The position numbers and the translations under genes are program-made. Shown here piece after piece: positions 8,517-18,196 of a stretch of DNA of 64,000 nt. Each line of letters begins with the position of its first letter. Position 1 is the stretch's first letter. The stretch is from NCBI GenBank assembly GCA_016873895.1, contig VGVV01000002.1, positions 314,152 to 378,151 of the forward strand. Direction: 5' to 3'. The stretch is from Ignavibacteria bacterium. Its GTDB lineage: Bacteria; Bacteroidota; Ignavibacteria; Kapaibacteriales; Kapaibacteriaceae. Under the pieces are notes generated by a model that was not told where the DNA came from, did not search any database, and worked only from the letters and a program-made list of their open reading frames with translations.

Positions 8517-8972
8517 TCAATGTACTGAATCACTGCCGAGGAGTAATCTTCGGTTGCTGGAGTTAGCATAAACCGAGCCATCGAGCATGTATGCAGCTAT
8601 GATGGCTTTGATCTCAGGGATGCCTACGAGGCGTTCTGATCCCATCATAACGGCACGCTCAAGGATCTGTTCAACGTCGTCTGGGGCTAGGAAACCTAAG
8701 TCGGCATAGGTCATGAGCATGCCCCATGCTTCGGTTGTAAGGACGTTTTGTTCAATTCCATGGAGTATCCTGAAGCCATCCGAGCCCGATTCAGTGAGCT
8801 GAACACCTTGCTCCATGATCCACGAGAGGGCTGCTGCAATTTCGGCTTCCGAATAGCCCCTTTGCTGGAGCTGGTCTGTATCCAGGGCCGCTAATGGCGT
8901 TCCAGATTTACGTTCACTGATCATGTCAGTGATGATGTCCATCACACGTTCAACAGAGTAGGTGTTGTTCAT
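8517..8972 (-). CDS. Smg-like protein (DUF494 family)
   Basis: 151 aa acidic protein with overall similarity to Smg/DUF494. It is co-oriented with ybeY and its start overlaps it by 4 nt. Confidence 0.45.
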   Translation of the reverse strand: MNNTYSVERVMDIITDMISERKSGTPLAALDTDQLQQRGYSEAEIAAALSWIMEQGVQLTESGSDGFRILHGIEQNVLTTEAWGMLMTYADLGFLAPDDVEQILERAVMMGSERLVGIPEIKAIIAAYMLDGSVYANSSNRRLLLGSDSVH

Positions 8973-9397
8973 AGGCTACTTGGACTTACGATGTATTTGT
9001 TCTCGAGATGGTGCATTTGTTCTCTATCGGCTTGTTCGGCGTCGTCGTAACCCAATAAATGCAGGGCTCCGTGAACTGCCAGCCGACATAGTTCACTGAC
9101 GACTGTAACGTGGTATTCGTTTGCCTGACGTCTGGCAGTTTCCAGCGAGACATAGATCTCGCCATAGAGCGGCTGATCTTCGAGGGGGAAGGTGATCACG
9201 TCTGTGGCATAATCATGCTGCAAATACTGCTTGTTCAGCGTACGGATTCTGCGGTCTGTAAGCAACACAATATCCACATTGGCATGCTTGACCCTATGGG
9301 CACGAAGGGCTTTCTGCACACTCGCAATCATTTCTTTGCGACCGCGGTACCTTGCGCCCGAGGCATTCGTAACTGATACGTTTAGAGACATTGGCAA
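8969..9397 (-). CDS. ybeY: rRNA maturation endoribonuclease YbeY
   Basis: 142 aa with the conserved HGxLHLLGYDH-type metal-binding motif (HGALHLLGYDD). Confidence 0.85.
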   Translation of the reverse strand: MPMSLNVSVTNASGARYRGRKEMIASVQKALRAHRVKHANVDIVLLTDRRIRTLNKQYLQHDYATDVITFPLEDQPLYGEIYVSLETARRQANEYHVTVVSELCRLAVHGALHLLGYDDAEQADREQMHHLENKYIVSPSSL

Positions 9398-9401
9398 AAA
9401 T

Positions 9402-10157
9402 CTACGAAAGATCCGATTGACTGCGCGCCTCTTTCACTTTCCAGAGCCCCCACCATGGCGTACCAGGCGAAAGATGGTGTTCACTATGGTAGCCAAAGAA
9501 GTAGCACGATAGCATCGCAAGAGCGTGATTGAGCTTCATTGACCGAGCATTGTGAGGCATGTCTGCTGAATGGGGCTTGCGGTGCGGCAGAAAAGTTCCA
9601 ATTGTGAAGAGCTGCATAGCACCAATAAATGCCGGTATGATCCAAAAGACCCAGAGCTTGGGTTCGGGAATCCCCAAAACCAGCTTTAGCAGGTTGAAGA
9701 CCGTACCCATGATCAAAAACTGGCTTACTGTAGCATAGCGCCACATAAACGATGCAAACCAAACAATGTAATTGTTCGATGGATGATAATCGGGATCTGC
9801 TGCGTCATCAGCAGGATGCGCATGGTGTTTGTGATGATTTTGATACAGACGTGTATAGGACAGACCTGCAAACAGGAACGACGCAACGGTGCCGATGTAT
9901 GTATTTGTCCTTTGCACGGGAGATACAACACCGTGAATTGCATCATGCGCGGTAATGAATAGCCCCGTAGACAAATACCCCTGCACAAGCGCGTGTATGA
10001 TTCCGCTGGCGAGCGTTAACTCAACATAGCCAAGCGTCCATACAAGATGCAGAACCCATAAGCTGATGATTGTGACGGCGATTCCTAAACCCATTGCAAC
10101 AAATTTCGAACGAAAGCAGTGATACGCAATATGTCGGTTGTAGATTCGTACCCACAA
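9402..10157 (-). CDS. Membrane di-iron desaturase/oxygenase, CrtW-like (putative beta-carotene ketolase)
   Basis: The His boxes are HDAIHG, HHKHHAHP and HSEHHLSPGTPWW. A GTFLPHRKPH motif resembles the CrtW FGTWLPHRP block. The protein is 251 aa with about 4 TM segments. Confidence 0.5.
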   Translation of the reverse strand: MWVRIYNRHIAYHCFRSKFVAMGLGIAVTIISLWVLHLVWTLGYVELTLASGIIHALVQGYLSTGLFITAHDAIHGVVSPVQRTNTYIGTVASFLFAGLSYTRLYQNHHKHHAHPADDAADPDYHPSNNYIVWFASFMWRYATVSQFLIMGTVFNLLKLVLGIPEPKLWVFWIIPAFIGAMQLFTIGTFLPHRKPHSADMPHNARSMKLNHALAMLSCYFFGYHSEHHLSPGTPWWGLWKVKEARSQSDLS

Positions 10158-10163
10158 CGACCC

Positions 10164-11426
10164 ATGAGAATACTTCGTTCCATACTATTCGCGCTCATCG
10201 CAGCTGCAACGAGCCTTCAGGCACAAAAGCTCATAATCCCGATGGATCTTGAGCAATCGAACCATTTAAAGGCCTATGGTATTGTGTATTGGATCCTCAC
10301 AAAAGATCAGCCGGTTGACTGGCTGCTGAATTACAGAGGGGGCTCCTTCGTTACCGACTATTCAGAACAGATTGCCTCTGAGTGTCGAATTCGTGGTGTT
10401 TCGTTTGATGCTGTTGACGGTGCCAGTATTGCTACCATCTACTCGGAGGTGCAGTCCGAAAAGACAAACATGGATGTTGTCCGCCTCGAGAAAGCACCCA
10501 AAATCGCAGTCTACGCTCCGCCCGGATTTCGGCCTTGGGATGATGCAGTGACGCTTGTGATGGAGTATGCTGAGGTGAAGTATGAAAAGCTCTGGGACGA
10601 AGAGGTGATGAAGGGTAAACTCTCCGAGTATGATTGGCTTCACTTGCATCATGAAGATTTTACGGGCCAATACGGGAAGTTTTACGCGAGTTCAGCAGGT
10701 GAATCATGGTATATCCAGCAGGTAGCCTTGCTTGAGAACACTGCCCGAAAGTTGGGCTTTGCAAAAGTTAGCGAGCTGAAGAAGTCTGTTGTCGAGAAGA
10801 TTCGTGAGTTCGTTGCCAACGGCGGGTTCATGTTTGCTATGTGCAGTGCTACTGATACATACGACATTGCGCTTGCCTCTGCAGGAGTAGATATCTGTGA
10901 TGTTATCTATGATGGAGACGGGGCGGACATGAACGCCAATAACAAGCTTGATTATTTACGCACGTTTGCATTTCAAGACTTTCAGCTTATCATGAATCCA
11001 CTGCAGTATGAGTATTCAACCATCGATGTGGATGCAAATACAATCCTGCAAACAGAGTCGAGCGACTATTTTACGCTGTTTGATTTCTCTGCTAAATATG
11101 ATCCAGTACCGACCATGCTAACGCAATGTCATGTGAATGTGATCAAAGGTTTTCTCGGGCAGACAACAGCATACCACAAGAATCTTGTCAAGAAGTCGGT
11201 AACTGTTCTCGGTGAACGAGAGGGTACAGATCAGGTACGCTATATACACGGTAATGTTGGACGTGGCACGTATACCTGGTATGGCGGACATGATCCAGAG
11301 GATTATCGTCATGCTGTTGGAGACCCGCCAACCGATCTCAAGCTTCATCCGAATTCGCCGGGATATAGGCTTATCCTGAACAACATCTTGTTTCCTGCCG
11401 CAAAAAAAAAGAAGCAGAAGACCTAG
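10164..11426 (+). CDS. Secreted hypothetical protein
   Basis: Signal peptide (MRILRSILFALIAAATSLQAQ). The FMFAMCSATD segment faintly resembles a class-I glutamine amidotransferase/DJ-1 nucleophile elbow. The C-terminus is a lysine-rich tail. Confidence 0.45.
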   Translation: MRILRSILFALIAAATSLQAQKLIIPMDLEQSNHLKAYGIVYWILTKDQPVDWLLNYRGGSFVTDYSEQIASECRIRGVSFDAVDGASIATIYSEVQSEKTNMDVVRLEKAPKIAVYAPPGFRPWDDAVTLVMEYAEVKYEKLWDEEVMKGKLSEYDWLHLHHEDFTGQYGKFYASSAGESWYIQQVALLENTARKLGFAKVSELKKSVVEKIREFVANGGFMFAMCSATDTYDIALASAGVDICDVIYDGDGADMNANNKLDYLRTFAFQDFQLIMNPLQYEYSTIDVDANTILQTESSDYFTLFDFSAKYDPVPTMLTQCHVNVIKGFLGQTTAYHKNLVKKSVTVLGEREGTDQVRYIHGNVGRGTYTWYGGHDPEDYRHAVGDPPTDLKLHPNSPGYRLILNNILFPAAKKKKQKT

Positions 11427-11763
11427 ACGAGATCAAGGCTGGTTACTGATGCTACTCATCGTCTGTGTTCATCATTGCCGCAAGCGCTGTTGCTGAAAAT
11501 GTGCCAGTACTTTGGGCACCTTCGCCAATTCATGGGCGTCGAAGGTACCGAGCAGAGCTCCAGCCAACAGGATTGGCAGCAAGATAGATGCACTGAAACG
11601 CTTGATTATACGTATCAAAAATACGGGGCAAGCCTCAGGCGCGTGTGGAAAACTTTGCCACATTTTTCCCATTATGAACAGCAATTCATTGGCTGTTACC
11701 ACTGTTTCAGCGACTTTTGTTGCAATGGAAGCCCAGAACAGTTCCGTGTTCACCCGAATCGGG

Positions 11764-13473
11764 ATGAGTCTGTGTTCCGGTCGCTCTTTGACAATTGGAT
11801 TTGCAATCTGCAGTTTTTTGTTCAATTCGTGTGTTGGCCACAAGCCAGCACCAGTAGAGAGTACGTCAGTTTTTAGTTACAACGAACCTGATGGTCTTCT
11901 CAGCTTAGATCCAGCTCAAGCCTCCTACAGAAGTGCATTATGGACATCTTCTCATCTCTATAATGGTTTGGTAGAGCTTGATTCCAACTTGGCCATTGCT
12001 CCATGCATTGCATCGCACTGGACAGTTGATAAAGCTGGATTGGAATGGACATTCCGTCTTCGGACGGATGTTTGGTTCCATCCGGATTCATGTTTTGGAC
12101 CACAGCGTATGCGAAAAGTTGTTGCACAGGACGTTAAGTACAGTCTTGAGCGCATACTCGACGCACGCACGAAGTCTACCGGTCTCTGGGCATTTCGCAC
12201 CACGATAGTAGGCGCTGATGACTTTCATCAGGCTACGCGCCGTGGGATGCGACCATCGCTTCAGGGTATTCGTGTTATCACTGACTCCGTCGTTTCAATT
12301 CGTCTCACGAAACCATTTGCTCCTTTTCTGGCAGTTCTAACAATGCCATATGGCTCGATTATTCCGAGGGAAGCGATCGAACTGTATGGTGCCGATTATG
12401 GACGACATCCCGTTGGTACGGGCCCGTTCATGTTCGGTACCTGGATCCCAGATAGAGAGTTGACGTTGAGGCGGAACCCGAGATACTTTAAGTCTGATGC
12501 CCAAGGGCGTAGACTTCCGTATCTGTCACAGGTGCGCATAGCATTTGTGCGGGACCCCAAGAGCGAGTTCTTCGAATTCACCAAAGGTGAGTTTGATGTG
12601 ATAAGCTCGATCGACGAATCGTTTATACCGAGTGTTTTTGAACCAGATGGGCGCATAAAAGCCCGCTACGATCGATTTCGCGTGTTGCGCACATCAGCTA
12701 ACACTGTGGAATACTACGGTATCCTTATGGATACTACCCTTCCGGCAGGGCATCAATCGCCCCTAGCTCGTTCGAAGGCATTACGTCAGGCGTTAAACTA
12801 CGCTATCGACCGCCACCGCATAGTTGCATACCTGCTCAACAGTCGAGCTATTCCTGCATACTACGGGGTATTACCCCCTACGATGCCGGGGTTTAACGAT
12901 TCGATTGTGGGCTATCGGTACGACCAAGCGCGGGCACGGCGGTTACTTGCACAGGCAGGGTATCCCAATGGCAAGGGGCTTCCACCTCTTGTACTTCAGC
13001 TAGGCAACAGTGCACGCACTGCTGCAATAGCAGAAGCTATCCAAGAACAGTGGGAAGAGATAGGTGTTACGGTTGAGCTGCGACAGGTTGACTTTCCGCA
13101 GCATTTATCAATGGTTCGAGCTGGTGAGCTCGCGCTTTGGCGGACAAGTTGGATTGGGGACTATCCCGATCCTGAAAATTTCTTGGCGCTGTTTATTACA
13201 TCAACAATTGCACCTAATGGTCCGAATACTACGCGTATCTCGCGTCTGGACCTTGATTCCTTATACGAAGCCATTTTAGATCCCACGCGTTCGGAAAGAG
13301 AGCGCCGCGACATTGCCTCTGCCATGGAACGCATCATCATTGAAGAAGCCCCCTGGGTTTTCCTCTATTATCATGTGGTTCTTCGGGTTGTGCACCCCGA
13401 GGTTAAGGGGCTTACCCTTGACGGATCGGACCGTCTCGTTCTCGAACGAGTCTCCAAGGGTCCGAAACTATAA
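11764..13473 (+). CDS. ABC transporter substrate-binding protein, family 5 (peptide/nickel/oligosaccharide type), lipoprotein
   Basis: Lipoprotein signal with lipobox (LFNSC). Its length and architecture match SBP_bac_5. The start was moved to Met85 of the listed ORF. Confidence 0.7.
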   Translation: MSLCSGRSLTIGFAICSFLFNSCVGHKPAPVESTSVFSYNEPDGLLSLDPAQASYRSALWTSSHLYNGLVELDSNLAIAPCIASHWTVDKAGLEWTFRLRTDVWFHPDSCFGPQRMRKVVAQDVKYSLERILDARTKSTGLWAFRTTIVGADDFHQATRRGMRPSLQGIRVITDSVVSIRLTKPFAPFLAVLTMPYGSIIPREAIELYGADYGRHPVGTGPFMFGTWIPDRELTLRRNPRYFKSDAQGRRLPYLSQVRIAFVRDPKSEFFEFTKGEFDVISSIDESFIPSVFEPDGRIKARYDRFRVLRTSANTVEYYGILMDTTLPAGHQSPLARSKALRQALNYAIDRHRIVAYLLNSRAIPAYYGVLPPTMPGFNDSIVGYRYDQARARRLLAQAGYPNGKGLPPLVLQLGNSARTAAIAEAIQEQWEEIGVTVELRQVDFPQHLSMVRAGELALWRTSWIGDYPDPENFLALFITSTIAPNGPNTTRISRLDLDSLYEAILDPTRSERERRDIASAMERIIIEEAPWVFLYYHVVLRVVHPEVKGLTLDGSDRLVLERVSKGPKL

Positions 13474-13503
13474 GTTCAACATTATTCACAGGGAGGTACA
13501 GTT

Positions 13504-14406
13504 ATGACAAAACTGCCAGGCATGTCTCTCCTTTGTGTCTTGATTGCTTCGATATTCGCTTTCACTTCGATTACACCTGTTGAGGTTTCTGCTCGCGCCA
13601 AGCGGTCGGTGGTTAAACGGGCTTCAAGTAAGAAAAGCAAGCGTAGTCGTAAGCGTTCGCGTGGCTCTGTCTGCACACCTGCATCACGTGCAGCCGGCAG
13701 ACAGCAAGCATACGCTCTCCTGAGTACACATAGTCCAGAGTTATGTAAGCTAACAGGCGTTCAATACGCTGCTAGCAACGATTCAATCGTAAATACTGCT
13801 CAATACCTTGCAGGCGATGGTGAAATCAATCTCGACCAGTTGCAGGATCAGCCAGAAGACGAAGGCGAAATCCTTTCTGAGCTTGAGCTCGAAGATGACA
13901 TTACTCCTGACTTGGATGCGTTCCGCTCACTTTGGCTTTCTATGGTGAACGAACGGGAGAAAGACGCAATCACAGGTGGTCTACCAAAAGAAAAACTTGC
14001 CGACATAGCAATGGACTGGCTTGGAACACGCTATCATTATGGTGGCACTTCACGGTCTGGAATCGATTGCTCAGCATACATGCAGGTGTTGTTTACTGGC
14101 GCATTCAATTACCAGTTACCACGCACGTCACTCGGGCAATCACAAATAGGCAAGCTCGTATCACGCAGGTCTGATCTGCAATTCGGAGATTTCGTGTTCT
14201 TCGCTACGCGATCAGGGCGCACGGTTTCGCACGTAGGGATGTATCTGGGCGACAATCTATTTACACATTCGTCATCACGATATGGTGTAACGATCTCGTC
14301 GCTGGAGTCAACCTACTACAGCAAGCGCCTGGTAGCAGCGCGCAGGCTCGATAGTGAAGAGCTTAATCGGTTTGCCTCAAGCGCCGCGGCTCTTCGCGCG
14401 AACTAA
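13504..14406 (+). CDS. NlpC/P60 (C40) family peptidoglycan endopeptidase
   Basis: The C-terminal domain has the catalytic-Cys motif GTSRSGIDCSAYMQ and a downstream His. It has an N-terminal signal peptide and a K/R-rich linker. Confidence 0.8.
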   Translation: MTKLPGMSLLCVLIASIFAFTSITPVEVSARAKRSVVKRASSKKSKRSRKRSRGSVCTPASRAAGRQQAYALLSTHSPELCKLTGVQYAASNDSIVNTAQYLAGDGEINLDQLQDQPEDEGEILSELELEDDITPDLDAFRSLWLSMVNEREKDAITGGLPKEKLADIAMDWLGTRYHYGGTSRSGIDCSAYMQVLFTGAFNYQLPRTSLGQSQIGKLVSRRSDLQFGDFVFFATRSGRTVSHVGMYLGDNLFTHSSSRYGVTISSLESTYYSKRLVAARRLDSEELNRFASSAAALRAN

Positions 14407-14435
14407 GCCATACTCAGCAAATCCGATTGTGCACG

Positions 14436-14476
14436 AAAAAAACACCCTGCAGCGTTCTCGCTGCGGGGTGTTTTTG
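14436..14476. terminator. Bidirectional rho-independent terminator between convergent NlpC/P60 and rnr
   Basis: aaaaaaaCACCCTGCAGCGttctCGCTGCGGGGTGttttt. Confidence 0.6.
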
Positions 14477-14501
14477 TTTAGTAACTCATGTACCTGGCAC
14501 G

Positions 14502-16724
14502 TTATGATTCGCGTGTGCGCCTTTCAGATTTGCGTGGCTTCTTGACTTCGCGCTCTACAAGTTCAATCGTTTGCTCTATTCCCGTTTGATCCTTCGATAG
14601 GCGCAGGTCTATCTCTCGACGGTCGATGTTTGCCTTAACGATACGCACGCGAAGTTGTGTGCCATAACGGACAACGCGCCTCGTGTTTCGTCCGATGATG
14701 CGCATCCGGCGGTCGTCAAATATGTAATAGTCGTCTTCAAAATCACGCAAGTGCAATAGGCCTTCGATCATCAGGTCGTGCAGAGTAACAAACACTCCAA
14801 ACTGTGTAACGCCTGTTACATATCCTACATGATCAGACCCAAGATGTTCATGAGCTAGAATCGTTTGTGCCAGCTTTGTAGATGCGCGCTCTGCTTCGAC
14901 CGACTGACGCTCTGTTTGTGAGCAGTGGTCGCTTGCATAACTGGCAATACCGCGCAGTTGAACAATTCGGCGTTGGTCGGGCACTCCACGGCTATACTCC
15001 TTGAGCAATCTGTGGATTACTAAATCCGGGTATCGCCGAATTGGCGATGTAAAGTGGGAATAGTCTGCAAACCCTAACCCATAGTGTCCGATGTTGTATT
15101 CGGCATAGACTGCCTTGGCCATAGAGCGCAACAGCAGTGTGTTCACCACAGGCTTGTCTGGTCTGTTCGACGCCTGTTCCAGGATAGCATTGATTTGACG
15201 GGGCGAGAGCTGTCCACTAGGGACATCAAAACCCAATGCCCGTATCACATTCGTAGCATCCGAAATCTTATCGGCGCTTGGCTTGTCGTGCACGCGATAG
15301 ACAAACGGCGGGGGATCTTTCAAGCCCCATTGCTTTTTCAGGGTCTGAAGATGTTCTGCAACTGCACGATTTGCGGCTAGCATGCATTCTTCTACCAGCG
15401 ATGTAGCATCCGTGCGGGTTTTAACAACTGCGCGCGAGGGCATCTTCTCTTCATCAAGAATGAACTTAATTTCTTGAGTCTCGAAGTCTATTCCTCCAGA
15501 CTTCATTCGACGTGTAAAGAGCTTGCGTGCAAGTGCATGGAGGTTGTGAATCAGATCACTATGATCACCGTCTGCCCCTTGAATAATCTGTTGTGCTTCG
15601 TCATATGTGTATCGACGGCAGCTCTGGATAAGCGTTTCTTCTATGCGATATCCGCGTCGAATTCCTGTTGTCGTAAACTCCATGAACACGGAGTAAGCGC
15701 AGCGAGGCTGATGTGGTACGAGGGAGCAAATGTCGTTACTCAATCGCTCCGGCAGCATTGGTACCACACAATCAACGAGGTAGGTGCTGTTGCCACGTTG
15801 CAAAGCTTCACGATCAAGAGCCGAGCCTTCTGCTACGTAGTGGGACACATCGGCGATATGAACTCCGAGTTCGAGGTTCCCATTATTAAGCTGCGTAAGA
15901 GAAAGTGCATCGTCGAAGTCGCGGGCATCCTCTGGGTCGATGGTTACAACGCGAAGGTGCCGAATATCTGAACGCGACTCAAGTTGCGTTGAATCGGGAT
16001 GAGAATGCTGATGGGCCTCGGTCTCGACCTCTACTGGGAATGCCTTTGGCAGGCGAAACTCCTTGAGAATAGCTGCAAACTCAACAGCGGCCTTACCTGA
16101 TGTACCGATAACCTCTGCAATGGTTACTTCTGGAGATGACTGAGCATTACGCCACCTATGGAATCGAGCGCTAACCTTATCTCCGGGTCGTGCGCCATTC
16201 AAATGTTGTTCAGCAATCAAAAAGTCTATGTGGTACTTAACGTCATCAGGTATCAGGTAGAAAAACGTACCATCATGCTCTACTGTGCCGGTGATAACAT
16301 GCGCCGCCCTTTGGACGATATCCAGCACTTCGCCTTTGGGTTTCTTACCTGGTGCTGTAGCGTGAATCTGCACAACAACTTTATCGCCCGAGAGGGCTGT
16401 ATTCATGTCATGTCTACGAATAGAAATCACAGGCACAACAGTATCGCCAGTTGCAACAACAGCTGCATTGTGGTGATAGGTAAGAATCCCGTGTACGTCA
16501 GAGCTCGTTCGATGAGGTAATGTGTATCGTCTGCGACTCATTCGTTGAACGATGCCCTCATCAACCATCAGCTCGAGTAGATCACGCATGTAGTCGTATT
16601 CATCGCTCCCAGCCTTGATACGCAGCCTCTTTGAAAGATCGAGAAGCTGCAACGGGCTAACCGATGTTCCAAGGGCCTCAAGAATTTCTTGTCGAAAATT
16701 CTGTAATTCTGTTAATCGCTTCAT
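14502..16724 (-). CDS. rnr: Ribonuclease R
   Basis: The RNB catalytic domain, cold-shock/S1 domains and a basic C-terminal tail (KKPRKSERRTRES) are present. The start was placed at MKRLTELQNF. Confidence 0.85.
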   Translation of the reverse strand: MKRLTELQNFRQEILEALGTSVSPLQLLDLSKRLRIKAGSDEYDYMRDLLELMVDEGIVQRMSRRRYTLPHRTSSDVHGILTYHHNAAVVATGDTVVPVISIRRHDMNTALSGDKVVVQIHATAPGKKPKGEVLDIVQRAAHVITGTVEHDGTFFYLIPDDVKYHIDFLIAEQHLNGARPGDKVSARFHRWRNAQSSPEVTIAEVIGTSGKAAVEFAAILKEFRLPKAFPVEVETEAHQHSHPDSTQLESRSDIRHLRVVTIDPEDARDFDDALSLTQLNNGNLELGVHIADVSHYVAEGSALDREALQRGNSTYLVDCVVPMLPERLSNDICSLVPHQPRCAYSVFMEFTTTGIRRGYRIEETLIQSCRRYTYDEAQQIIQGADGDHSDLIHNLHALARKLFTRRMKSGGIDFETQEIKFILDEEKMPSRAVVKTRTDATSLVEECMLAANRAVAEHLQTLKKQWGLKDPPPFVYRVHDKPSADKISDATNVIRALGFDVPSGQLSPRQINAILEQASNRPDKPVVNTLLLRSMAKAVYAEYNIGHYGLGFADYSHFTSPIRRYPDLVIHRLLKEYSRGVPDQRRIVQLRGIASYASDHCSQTERQSVEAERASTKLAQTILAHEHLGSDHVGYVTGVTQFGVFVTLHDLMIEGLLHLRDFEDDYYIFDDRRMRIIGRNTRRVVRYGTQLRVRIVKANIDRREIDLRLSKDQTGIEQTIELVEREVKKPRKSERRTRES

Positions 16725-16785
16725 AGCGCAATATGCGCCATTGTTTGACGTTGTTAGTGGTGAAAGTTTGTCGTAGACTAGCAAT

Positions 16786-17298
16786 ATGTCAGTACCCAAA
16801 GTATACATGGTCGTCGCATTGTCGTGTGTCGTTATCATGCACGCACAAGAGGCCAGTGAGTGGTTTGGTAAGGGGCTCAATGCCTTTAACAAGGGTAACT
16901 ACGGCGAAGCCGTAGTTAACTTTACTCGAGCAATTGAACAAGACAGTGGAGCATCTCCTGCGTGGTTTAACCGTGGAACGGCATATATGCGGATGAGAGT
17001 CTTCGACAAAGCCTACGCTGATCTTACACGATGCCTTCAATTGCGGACGTCGCAGATTACAATGAATGCTCGTATGCAACGCGCAGTTGTTGGCGCTGAG
17101 CTTGGTCTTCAGCAGGAATCACTGCGCGACGTAAATACTGTGTTGAAGCAAGACAGCACATTTCCCAAAGCACGACTATTGCGTGGTCGACTACTGCTGC
17201 AGGCTGGAGACACCTCCCAGGCATGCGCTGATTTTGCAGGTGCGCTGCGCTCAGGAGACAGCTCTGTTGTGAAGTACATAAAGGTGCATTGTCAATGA
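16786..17298 (+). CDS. TPR-repeat protein (secreted)
   Basis: Signal peptide, then three TPR-like helical repeats (AWFNRGTAYMRM..., ARLLRGRLLLQAGD). Confidence 0.55.
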   Translation: MSVPKVYMVVALSCVVIMHAQEASEWFGKGLNAFNKGNYGEAVVNFTRAIEQDSGASPAWFNRGTAYMRMRVFDKAYADLTRCLQLRTSQITMNARMQRAVVGAELGLQQESLRDVNTVLKQDSTFPKARLLRGRLLLQAGDTSQACADFAGALRSGDSSVVKYIKVHCQ

Positions 17299-18170
17299 GC
17301 GTTATTCAATGTGCCTTGGTATGCCTGATATGTCTATCAGCTAAGCTCTCTCTCTTTTCACAATCTGCTCCACTGATCAACACGGAAAAGGCCGTTGCTG
17401 AGTTCATCAGCGACAATGCTCGTCCGTCGTTTGTGATAAAGAAAATAGCGGTCACTGGCAGAGTTGATACGATGAAAGCTGTTGTGAAGACATCTACCGT
17501 TCGAGCTAACAAGGGAGACTATACGCGATATAAGCCCGTTGTGGATTCGATTTGGTGGACATCAAAAGACTCACTCAATCACAACGTGTATGTGCTCCTT
17601 CACCTCGAGGGCCAGGGCATACCACTTCCTGCAAATGGTGTTCGAGGCACGGTGCGTATGACTGTTAGTGCAGCCTACTGGGCCAATAACGACTGGGTGG
17701 CTACTTCGTCAGAGCCGTTCTCCGTCCCCGTTGCAAACGTAGACATGCCACGTCCAGTCATCTCAGAATCAAATCTTGAAGTTGCCGTAACGAAGGAAAC
17801 GCCCAAGACAATTGCATTTGAGATAAAGGGGCTTCGCATCACCGCAAAGGGTAAGGATACTGTTGACTTCCTACCCGAGGTACGTGACTTAGCAATCTCC
17901 GATGTTTCTGTTGATTATGAAGAAGCATCGCTAGAAACATCCAACCCCACATTCGACTCATTACGAACGGTTGATGTGCAGATCATCAAAGAGGGTGGTG
18001 GTGAATACACAATTACGGGAACCATTCAGCATCCCACTCCAAAAGCGGGGAAGAAGATTCCGAAGATTACATCCGCTAAACTGTTACTGAATGTTCGCGC
18101 AAAAGCCTTGCATCGCAAGAGCAAGGGGCTTTCTCGGCTTCGAACAATCGAGATTGAGCTATACAAGTGA
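17289..18170 (+). CDS. Hypothetical secreted protein
   Basis: It has a signal peptide and its start overlaps the TPR gene. No recognisable motif was found. Confidence 0.4.
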   Translation: MSMSVIQCALVCLICLSAKLSLFSQSAPLINTEKAVAEFISDNARPSFVIKKIAVTGRVDTMKAVVKTSTVRANKGDYTRYKPVVDSIWWTSKDSLNHNVYVLLHLEGQGIPLPANGVRGTVRMTVSAAYWANNDWVATSSEPFSVPVANVDMPRPVISESNLEVAVTKETPKTIAFEIKGLRITAKGKDTVDFLPEVRDLAISDVSVDYEEASLETSNPTFDSLRTVDVQIIKEGGGEYTITGTIQHPTPKAGKKIPKITSAKLLLNVRAKALHRKSKGLSRLRTIEIELYK

Positions 18171-18196
18171 GAAGATGTACCTCTGACTGGTAGTTT

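Noticed and set aside
8280-8520. A prophage or integrative element next to the tRNAs
   Set aside because: No integrase, recombinase or transposase ORFs were found at either tRNA, and the flanking genes are housekeeping.
11472-11876. Overlapping 123/133-aa ORFs upstream of the SBP gene
   Set aside because: They lie in the intergenic region and in the N-terminal extension of the SBP ORF. The SBP more plausibly starts at the lipoprotein signal at 11764.
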